A DNA stretch of 64,000 nt from Fidelibacterota bacterium MT.SAG.3 (GTDB lineage: Bacteria > Fidelibacterota > SORT01): contig SORT01000006.1 of NCBI GenBank assembly GCA_004402895.1, positions 3,995 through 67,994 of the forward strand. The letters are read 5' to 3'. A program made the translations under genes and the position numbers. How positions within the stretch are numbered: the first letter of the stretch is position 1; every line of letters begins with the position of its first letter. A model generated the notes under the pieces. It was given only the letters and a program-made list of their open reading frames with translations, was not told the DNA's origin and searched no databases. Shown here piece after piece: positions 57,036 to 64,000 of the stretch.

Positions 57036-57935
57036 ATGAAGGAGAGTAAAATAGAGTATGAAGAATTAATGAGCGGAATTGACGAATCACTCGATAATTA
57101 CATCGGAGAAGTTAGTCCAAATTTTAAGGCAACAATAGAAGATATCCGACAAAATAATGAACGTGTTCTCTCTCAACTTTTAAAAACATATTATTTATCA
57201 TCAATGTTGGTCGACGATTTTGACTTCCCATCTGATGAAGTTTATCAGGGAATTAAAGTCTTATTTTCTAAGGCAGGTTTTTCGACATTAGGTATTTATT
57301 CATGCTTAAGCAATGGAGTTATTACCGAAGCAAGCAGCTTGTTGAGAACCCTTTTTGAAACCAAAGTAAATATACACTTGCTCTTACAGGACGATACATT
57401 AAATCGGTTGAGCCTCTATAATAATTTTAAAACCATTACCAAGCATAATCATTTACAATCCTATGAAAAAAAGATGGCAGATGGAGAATTATCTGAAGAA
57501 TCCTTTGAAGCATTCTTTCATGATATAGATATTCAATCATTAAAAGATTCTTATGAAAGTATTAAGGACGACTACCATCCGACCTATCCGGCAAATCATT
57601 GGGCATGGAAAATATATAAAGATGAAAGAAATCAACCTCCGAATATGAGATTTATATGCGATAAATTGGGGCTTAGCGATGATTATCGAAAGATTTTTGG
57701 ATTACATTCGTCAACTATTCATAGCAATCCAATTATAGAAAATATGATGACCCATGATGGTAATCTTAGTATTGTTCCATTTAATTCTGAAAATATATTA
57801 CGGTTGGCGTGCATCAGTCTCGACATAAGCTGGAAATCTATTGTTTCTGTTATAAGTTATTTTGACGAGAATTATGGTGAAGGATTAAGCAAGTATAGCG
57901 ACTATGTATTTGTCCAAGGATGTGTCGAATTTTAA
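57036..57935 (+). CDS. hypothetical all-alpha protein (possibly DUF5677-like)
   Basis: 299-aa ORF with AGGAG RBS. ...EASSLLRTLFETKVNIHLLL... is reminiscent of DUF5677-type proteins. Contains RKIFGLH (fits Rx4-6H). Assignment is uncertain. Confidence 0.55.
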   Translation: MKESKIEYEELMSGIDESLDNYIGEVSPNFKATIEDIRQNNERVLSQLLKTYYLSSMLVDDFDFPSDEVYQGIKVLFSKAGFSTLGIYSCLSNGVITEASSLLRTLFETKVNIHLLLQDDTLNRLSLYNNFKTITKHNHLQSYEKKMADGELSEESFEAFFHDIDIQSLKDSYESIKDDYHPTYPANHWAWKIYKDERNQPPNMRFICDKLGLSDDYRKIFGLHSSTIHSNPIIENMMTHDGNLSIVPFNSENILRLACISLDISWKSIVSVISYFDENYGEGLSKYSDYVFVQGCVEF

Positions 57936-58054
57936 AGCTCCTAAAGATTGGGATTACTCTAAGGAGATAATTTGAAGTGATCTGAATAATGCTATACGTA
58001 ATACTCACCCAATGTGTAACATAGATATTGACCCGATTATTGAGGGCTAGAATA

Positions 58055-58591
58055 ATGAGATGGATTAACAGATATGAGGATGATAATTCCTCGATTGCAG
58101 AGCTTGGTAAAGTAATCTTTGAAGGTTCATTTGCTTGTACAGAAAATGTGAATGATTATATAGTAGGCTCTACGGAGGAAGAGAGAGAAAAAAGAAAGAC
58201 CTATGTTACCTTAGAGTATATGTATTTTTTTATGCACAATTTTAATAGATTGGCATTTGGAAATCTTGGTAAACAAAGAGGGATTGAATTACAAAAGAGG
58301 TTGGGAATATTAATAATCCATCCTTTAGTGGAATCACTATTTGAAGATCAGACTGATTCGCAGGACCAGATTATGATGGAATTATTTGAGAGATTAAATG
58401 AAGCAGAAATTGAATATTCGAAATGCAATACTTCAACTGAATTATTACAATTAATTGTGGATAAAATTTCAGATACTTGTGGTCAAGCCAATACCCCGGA
58501 AATGAGAGGGCAAATTCAAGATCGTACGCTTGCAATATCTGAGAAAATGAATTTGGAAGATCTTGTGAATGCTGCAGGGGAGGAGATTTAG
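58055..58591 (+). CDS. hypothetical protein
   Basis: ATG at 58055 preceded by GAGGG. 178 aa, acidic, no motif recognised. Confidence 0.5.
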   Translation: MRWINRYEDDNSSIAELGKVIFEGSFACTENVNDYIVGSTEEEREKRKTYVTLEYMYFFMHNFNRLAFGNLGKQRGIELQKRLGILIIHPLVESLFEDQTDSQDQIMMELFERLNEAEIEYSKCNTSTELLQLIVDKISDTCGQANTPEMRGQIQDRTLAISEKMNLEDLVNAAGEEI

Positions 58592-58592
58592 A

Positions 58593-58735
58593 ATAGTTAT
58601 CAATAGATTATCATAAGAATACCTTTAGAATCCGATAAGAATCGGATAAGAAATCCAGAAGCAATACTCAAGAATTAACCAAGCATCATCCTTAAATCGA
58701 TCAAGAATCATTCAATAACTTTCCTTAACGCCTCC
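58593..58735. repeat. degenerate 11-bp phased tandem array (consensus AAGAATCnnnc)
   Basis: AAGAAT-like hexamers start at 58615, 58626 (TAGAAT), 58637, 58648 (AAGAAA), 58659 (AAGCAA), 58670, 58681 (AAGCAT) and 58703. All spacings are multiples of 11. The array abuts the palindrome at 58736-58747. Confidence 0.6.
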
Positions 58736-58782
58736 AAACCTGGTTTGAGAACAAAATGGTAAAAGAATAAAACCAAAAGGCT

Positions 58783-59331
58783 CTATTCCTTTAAGTACCG
58801 ATAAAGACTAGCTCTGGAAATACCAAGATTCTGACATATCTCTGATATCGAGTTTGAGCCCTCATTGATCAACCTTTTTGCCATCTCAATCGTTCTGTCA
58901 TCGATACTTCTTGGACGACCACCCTGCCTTCCTCGAGCACGAGCTGCTTTTAGCCCAGCTTTTGTTCTTTCACTGATAATATTCCGCTCAAATTCTGCTA
59001 AGGCGCCGAAGATGTGAAATATTAGTTTTCCGCTTGAGGATACCGTATCAATATTCTCAGTTAAACTCTTGAAATACAGGCCACGATCATGAAGATGATT
59101 GATTATTTCAATTAGGTGTTTGAGGGACCGACCTAATCGATCAAGCCTCCAAACTACTAAAGTATCGCCATCTCTCATGAAATTCAGAGCTTCCTCAAGT
59201 TTCGGTCTCTCCGAGATTGTACCACTAATCTTTTCTTGGAGTATAGTTTTGCAATCTGCCTGTTTAAGCGCATCTACCTGCAAATCAAGGTTTTGCTCAC
59301 CTGTTGATACCCTTGCATATCCAATATTCAT
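58783..59331 (-). CDS. serine recombinase, Hin/Gin/Pin-type DNA invertase
   Basis: MNIGYARVSTGEQNLDLQ (catalytic Ser), DTLVVWRLDRLGRS, GALAEFERNIISERTKAGL, GRQGGRPRSI, C-terminal HTH ISRASLYRY. Aligns by eye with Hin end to end. GGAGG RBS. Confidence 0.9.
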   Translation of the reverse strand: MNIGYARVSTGEQNLDLQVDALKQADCKTILQEKISGTISERPKLEEALNFMRDGDTLVVWRLDRLGRSLKHLIEIINHLHDRGLYFKSLTENIDTVSSSGKLIFHIFGALAEFERNIISERTKAGLKAARARGRQGGRPRSIDDRTIEMAKRLINEGSNSISEICQNLGISRASLYRYLKE

Positions 59332-59474
59332 ATTAAACCTCCATTCATTGATACACTTCTTATACCATAGAGAGGAGGAAAAACTGTCTAATAAACGTTC
59401 GAGGGGTGATTTATAAGATTTTGATTATAAGATAAGTTAATCGACAGAATAACTGGTTCTGAACGCGAGTTATA

Positions 59475-59553
59475 AGACAGTGTCTCAATATCTCACAAAC
59501 CTTGGTTTGTGAGACACATTTTTCGTGTCTTGAAACTCATACGTTTATGAGAA
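59475..59553 (+). repeat. 78-nt repeat unit, copy A (contains hix-like palindrome)
   Basis: First 28 nt (AGACAGTGTCTCAATATCTCACAAACCT) are identical to 61464-61491. The remainder is about 80% similar by eye. Confidence 0.75.
59491..59514. other. candidate serine-invertase crossover site (hix/gix-like)
   Basis: Perfect palindrome TCTCACAAACC-TT-GGTTTGTGAGA. Its AAACC-NN-GGTTT core matches Hin/Gin-family sites as I recall them. Lies 160 nt upstream of the invertase ATG. Confidence 0.6.
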
Positions 59554-59759
59554 TTAAGGACTTAAATAGGGTCACATCCGCTAGATTCGATTTCTAGACA
59601 TTCCCGCTAAGCCCTGTAATCATTGCCTACATGCGCCTCAATGAAACTTTCTAATATATCTATCGTAATGTTAAGACACATGTGTAGAATGTTTGATATA
59701 CGAAGATTCACAACATAAATAACATTAACAAAAGCACTGATTGGTGAGGATTAAAATTA

Positions 59760-61277
59760 TTGATTAAAAGTAAAACAGCATTTGCATCCACAATTTTGGT
59801 ATTTATTGTACTTGTTTCGGGTTGTGGTAGTAGCCCCAACAATAATACAGATGAAATCTCTTATTTAATTACTATTGACAAAAGTGATCATAAACTTGCA
59901 AGAGTGAAGGTCTCATTTTCACTGAAAGACAGTCTATTATATATGAATCGAGGTGCAAATCAGCTCCCTAAAAGATGGGCAACTTTCGTTCATAACGTAA
60001 TGGTTACAGACTCTAAAGGAAAATCAATTTTAGTGGAAGAACTTCCGGATGCTAAATGGAAAATGTTTGCGGCTCCCAATGAAAAAATTACCTTAACGTA
60101 TGAGGTAAAACTTGATCATGAAGATTACAAATGGAGCTCGGGTATCGATGGAGTGGCTTATGCAAAAGACTGGGGTGTATTTTACACAGGTAGAGCTTTA
60201 TTAATATTGCATGGAGATGAATGGGAAAATATCAGAGTAGATTTTTCACTCCCGCAGGGTTGGAATGTCACTACACCATGGAAGGCAAGCAATGATAATA
60301 AGAATTCATTCAAAGTAAATAATATGTTTGAATTAGCAGAGTCTATGATATTTGCCGGGCTTCATCAAGAGATTTCCATTGTTAGGGATGATTTTGAATT
60401 AGTTATTGCACTTGGAGGAGCGGAAATAATTGCACAAAAAGATGAGTATAAGAAATTAACCGAGGGTGTTTTAGATTATTATATTGATTTGATGGGAGGT
60501 ATTCCCAATCCTTCATTCGAGAATAAATTTGAAAAAGTAGTTGTCATCATTAACTCGTCAACTTCCACAGATGGAGAAGTTATAGGTAATAACATCAGTA
60601 TTTTAGTTGAAAAAAATGGCGGTCAAATGTCAGAGATGTTTTCTAAATTTATTTTCGCTCATGAATTATTTCACCTTTGGAATGGTAAATCATTCACTCC
60701 TACCGAAGATGATACGGAGTGGTTTAAGGAAGGTTTTACCAATTACTACACGCTAAAATCATTACATCATGTGGGTTTTCTAAATGATTTATCATACTTA
60801 TCGGTCCTAAATGATATATTTTTTCAGCGGTATAATAATGATGACGGAACAGGAAAGTTGTCAATGACCATGGGAGAAGAAAAGCATGCCCATTGGGGAT
60901 TGATCTATGGAGGTGGTCTTTTTGTAAGTATCGCACAAGATTTAATTATCCGTAATGCAACTCAAAATAGAAAAAGCATAGATGACTTAATGCGAAGTCT
61001 GTTTCAAAAGTACGGAGCAACAAATGACACTTATTCTATAGATGAACTGCAAAATTTACTTTCAAAATTAAGTGAAATCGATCAAACCGAATTTTTCAAT
61101 AGTTATGTTATCGGGATTAACAGAATTCCAATAATCGAATATCTGCCTCTGGCAGGCTTAAGTGCGAAAATAGAAAACGGTAACCTAATAATAACTAAAA
61201 AGGATGATCTGAATCCACTGCAACAAAACATTCTAAATGGTTTATTTGGAATTCATGATTCCTCAATAATAGATTGA
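59760..61277 (+). CDS. M61 family (glycyl aminopeptidase-like) metallopeptidase lipoprotein
   Basis: Lipobox LVSGCGS. HELFHLWNG (HExxH) and downstream EGFTNYY. TTG start after GGTGAGGA. Confidence 0.8.
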   Translation: MIKSKTAFASTILVFIVLVSGCGSSPNNNTDEISYLITIDKSDHKLARVKVSFSLKDSLLYMNRGANQLPKRWATFVHNVMVTDSKGKSILVEELPDAKWKMFAAPNEKITLTYEVKLDHEDYKWSSGIDGVAYAKDWGVFYTGRALLILHGDEWENIRVDFSLPQGWNVTTPWKASNDNKNSFKVNNMFELAESMIFAGLHQEISIVRDDFELVIALGGAEIIAQKDEYKKLTEGVLDYYIDLMGGIPNPSFENKFEKVVVIINSSTSTDGEVIGNNISILVEKNGGQMSEMFSKFIFAHELFHLWNGKSFTPTEDDTEWFKEGFTNYYTLKSLHHVGFLNDLSYLSVLNDIFFQRYNNDDGTGKLSMTMGEEKHAHWGLIYGGGLFVSIAQDLIIRNATQNRKSIDDLMRSLFQKYGATNDTYSIDELQNLLSKLSEIDQTEFFNSYVIGINRIPIIEYLPLAGLSAKIENGNLIITKKDDLNPLQQNILNGLFGIHDSSIID

Positions 61278-61463
61278 AAAGGCAATTTTAATCTTATCCA
61301 TGACCTGCCCTCTATCTTAGGTCCACTAGTTATGTTACATATTAGGCGCCAGATGAGGAAGATGGTGTTGTTGAAATAACGCTGTGCCATAAACGTTAGT
61401 TATGACACACCATATCGGCATGTCAAACTCATGAAATCGTGAGATTCTGACAATTAGCTTTTG

Positions 61464-61541
61464 AGACAGTGTCTCAATATCTCACAAACCTAGGTTTATG
61501 ATACAACTTTCAGATGTGTCAAAACTTATACGTTTTTGGGA
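61464..61541 (+). repeat. 78-nt repeat unit, copy B (degenerate palindrome)
   Basis: Direct-orientation copy of 59475-59553. The palindrome is TCTCACAAACC-TA-GGTTTATGATA, with 2 arm mismatches and a different central dinucleotide. Confidence 0.75.
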
Positions 61542-61700
61542 CTATAGTGTCTTTAAGTGAGCTTTGTGTGGGCACATATTGGTCACATTAAGGAATCTTG
61601 CCAGAGATTCTTGCCCTTTCAAATTCTAAAGTAATTAGATGCCTTTTTACTTTAATGATAGTTATATTTTATCACACACTCATCCTGAAAGGAATACGGT

Positions 61701-62123
61701 ATGATTGATATAATTTCTCGTGCACCACTATTCAAGGGACTTAATCCAAAAGTAATATCTGGAATCGTCGATAATGCAGATGAAAGGCAATTTACGCCAG
61801 GACAAATCATCATCCAGGAAGGTGATAGTTTAAAGGGATTATATATAATTATTGAAGGTGAAGCATCCATTGAGAAAAATACAGGAGAAGAATTATTTAC
61901 TCGTGGTGTCGGCGAGTCACTCGGTGAAATGACTTTGATTGATTTAGGCACTCGCTCAGTATCGGTAAGAGCAAAATCTGATGTGAAAATTGTTGTTATT
62001 AGTTTGGACTATATGTCCTCATTGTTTGACGAAGATCCCAAAATTCTTGCAACTGTCGCTATAAATATTGCCAGGATATTAAGTAATCGATTACGCGAAT
62101 CAGATGAGGATTCAAGCCATTGA
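61701..62123 (+). CDS. cyclic-nucleotide-binding domain protein (stand-alone)
   Basis: LFKGLNPKVISGIV...FTPGQIIIQEGDSLKGLYIIIEGEASI...GESLGEMTLID is a typical cNMP-binding beta-roll. 140 aa. Confidence 0.8.
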   Translation: MIDIISRAPLFKGLNPKVISGIVDNADERQFTPGQIIIQEGDSLKGLYIIIEGEASIEKNTGEELFTRGVGESLGEMTLIDLGTRSVSVRAKSDVKIVVISLDYMSSLFDEDPKILATVAINIARILSNRLRESDEDSSH

Positions 62124-64000
62124 AGAAAGATAGAAAACTCACGGCCATCATGTTTCTTGACATGGTGGGTTACACATCAATGATGCAAGAGGATGAAGAG
62201 AAAACTTAAAAAGCTATTCAGCATCAAAGAGATATTGTTCTGCCTATCGTGGAAAGTAACGGCGGCAAAGTATTGCGATATATCGGAGACGGAACTCTTT
62301 GTACGTTCGAAAGTGCTATTAATTCGGTAAATGCAGCAGTGAAGATTCAGAATGCCCTATTGGAAGACCCAATAATGCTTCGCATTGGTATTCACATCGG
62401 AGATATCGTTAGTGAAAAGGGAGATATTTACGGAGATGGAGTAAATGTTGCCTCAAGACTTGAGCCGCTAGCCCTACCTGGTGGCGTATGTGTCTCTGAA
62501 ACTGTTTATGATAATATAAAAAATCAATCGGGGATTGACTGTATTTCTATGGGACGGAGAACTTTGAAGAACGTTAAGCGTCCTATGGAAGTTTACGCAC
62601 TCGAGGGAGAGGGGCTCGCGTCACCCTCTGCCTTAAATAAATTTAATCTTAATATGAAGTGGATAGCTTTCGCTGCCGTCGTAACTATCATTGTTATAGT
62701 TGGTCTCAATATTGACATCGGCACAAAGGATGTCGGGGCAGAAAAAGATATAGGCAATTTAAGCATAGCAGTTCTTCCATTTGCTAATATGAGTTCAGAT
62801 CCGGAGACGAATTTTTCTCCGACGGCATAACTGAAGAAATACTAATGCAGCTCTCAAAGATCAAAAGTCTTGCAGTAATTTCCCGAACCTCGATTATGCA
62901 ATATAAGAATACAACGAAAAGTTTGCGTGAAATTGGTAAAGAATTGGGTGTTGCCAACATTCTGGAAGGGAGTGTTCGTAGAGAGGGAAATCGTGTTCGA
63001 ATAACAGGACAACTTATAATCGCGAAAACGGATAAACATATTTGGGCGGATACGTATGATAGAGATCTCAATGATATTTTTGCCATACAAAGCGATGTTG
63101 CCATGAAGATTGCAAATGCATTAGAAGCATCCTTAGCTCCTGAAGAGGAGAAGCGTATCAACAAAAAACCTACCAACAATCTTGAAGCTTATGACTTATA
63201 TCTTAAAGGCAACGTCCTGTATAATGAATACAATAACTATTTTGACAGAAAAATACTCGAAGCAGCATTAACCTCCTATGAAAAAGCTGTGGCTGTCGAT
63301 TCAAACTTTGTAATTGCACTCTCGCGACTTGCGATTGCTCATCTGGAGCTGCATGGGAGGGACCGAACCGATGAACGTCTTGCGAAAGCGAAGAGAGCAA
63401 TAGATAAGGCCTGGGAAATTGATTCTGAACATTCAGAAGTCCTGCGTGCTAAGGGATATTACCATTATCGGGGTTATCTTAATTATGACGAAGCACTCAA
63501 ATATTTGACCTTGGCTCTCGAAAAACAGCCAAACAACAGTGACGTATTGGCAACGATTGGATATGTTTATCGCCGAAAAGGTGAATGGAAAGATGCAATG
63601 GCATCTATGAAAAGAGCCGTTGATTTAGATCCACTCGCTTATGTTAAAACTATGGATCTTGCAGATATGTATATTACAAACAGAATGTGGAAACAGGCTA
63701 AACGGTATTGTGACAGGACATTACTTTTAAATCCTAAAGCGTTCGCCGGTTATTATTTCAAGATGTTATTAGTCATACTAACACAAGGTGATTTAAAAGC
63801 TCGCAGGATGATACTTGAAGAAGCAAAGGAGAACATAGATCCGAACCGTTTCATATCTTTTCTGGGAAGGCAATACTTACTTGAACGAAAATTTACGGAA
63901 GCTTTAAATACCTATGAAAGAAGCAATCGTAAATGGTATAGATCTAAAGCTTACCTTCATTTCAAGCTGGGTCATCTGGAGAAAGCCAATTTTTATTATG
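62120..64000 (+). pseudogene. class III adenylate/guanylate cyclase fused to TolB-N-like and TPR domains, disrupted; 3' end beyond window
   Basis: TTG 62120, ...AIMFLDMVGYTSMM... with in-frame TAA at 62207-62209. Cyclase core RYIGDGTLCTF... Frameshift in a T5 run (62812-62816). Downstream frame from 62821 (DGITEEILMQLSKIKSLAVISRTS...TPR repeats) stays open to nt 64000. Confidence 0.75.

Larger units (their letters stand above)
53904..61541. mobile_element. decayed integrative/mobile island (boundaries uncertain)
   Basis: Abrupt loss of synteny inside dprA. Gene fragments of DUF932 and integrase types next to tRNA-Ser. Visibly AT-richer ORFans. Serine invertase with cognate-looking sites and direct repeats. 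No intact integrase, and no att duplication found by eye. Confidence 0.35.

Noticed and set aside
62207-62209. The in-frame TAA as stop-codon reassignment or programmed readthrough.
   Set aside because: TAA is used as a normal terminator by many well-supported genes in this window (for example rpsU, icd, dnaJ's neighbour grpE). A single lesion plus a nearby frameshift fits pseudogenisation or sequencing error.
61701-64000. A Pycsar/CBASS-like defence pair (nucleotide cyclase plus cNMP-binding effector).
   Set aside because: The cNMP-binding protein has no effector domain (TM, TIR, nuclease). The cyclase carries the regulatory TolB-N-like/TPR tail typical of signalling cyclases and is itself disrupted. 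The architecture fits ordinary cAMP signalling better than a defence system.

Overview
This 64-kb window appears to come from an uncultured-type Gram-negative bacterium. A PorV-like protein, a cargo protein with a T9SS C-terminal sorting domain, BamD, a DUF5683-like protein and a group-II GGGP-synthase homologue point to the FCB superphylum. The exact lineage cannot be determined by eye.

Positions 1-53.6 kb carry about 58 genes, all on the + strand and mostly housekeeping:
- Translation, lipid and central metabolism: ABC exporters, rpsU, efp-accB-accC-gcvH-gcvPA-GGGPS, pta, icd, obg.
- DNA and RNA functions: xer recombinase, mutL-miaA, rsmD-coaD.
- Type IV pilus / T2SS-type genes: pilD, pilB, a sigma-54 activator and pilC.
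- An RsbU/V/W-type partner-switching module.
- A T9SS / outer-membrane cluster, followed by nadD, tRNA-Arg and ftsEX.
- Heat-shock genes hrcA-grpE-dnaJ, then comEA with possible pilM/pilN-like genes.

From about 53.65 kb the content changes to a visibly more AT-rich accessory and decaying region:
- A truncated, frameshifted dprA and fragments of a secreted repeat protein.
- tRNA-Ser, a DUF932 fragment and an integrase C-terminal fragment.
- Three uncharacterised ORFs.
- A Hin-like serine invertase embedded in unusual repeat architecture: an 11-bp phased array, hix/gix-like palindromes and a 78-nt direct repeat flanking an M61 peptidase gene.
- A cNMP-binding protein and an adenylate-cyclase/TPR pseudogene that runs off the window.

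The best candidates for undescribed biology are:
- the invertase-centred recombination module at 58.6-61.5 kb;
- a family of mosaic hairpin repeats occupying three to four intergenic regions;
- a receiver lacking the phospho-acceptor Asp, plus a possibly degenerate one in the sigma-54 activator, next to a sigma-less Ser-kinase/PP2C module;
- a catalytically dead M6-like T9SS cargo coupled to a peptidase-PD40-Omp85 fusion.

No CRISPR array, rRNA or intact prophage was seen. All calls are by-eye motif recognition. Start codons, many of them TTG or GTG, are approximate.
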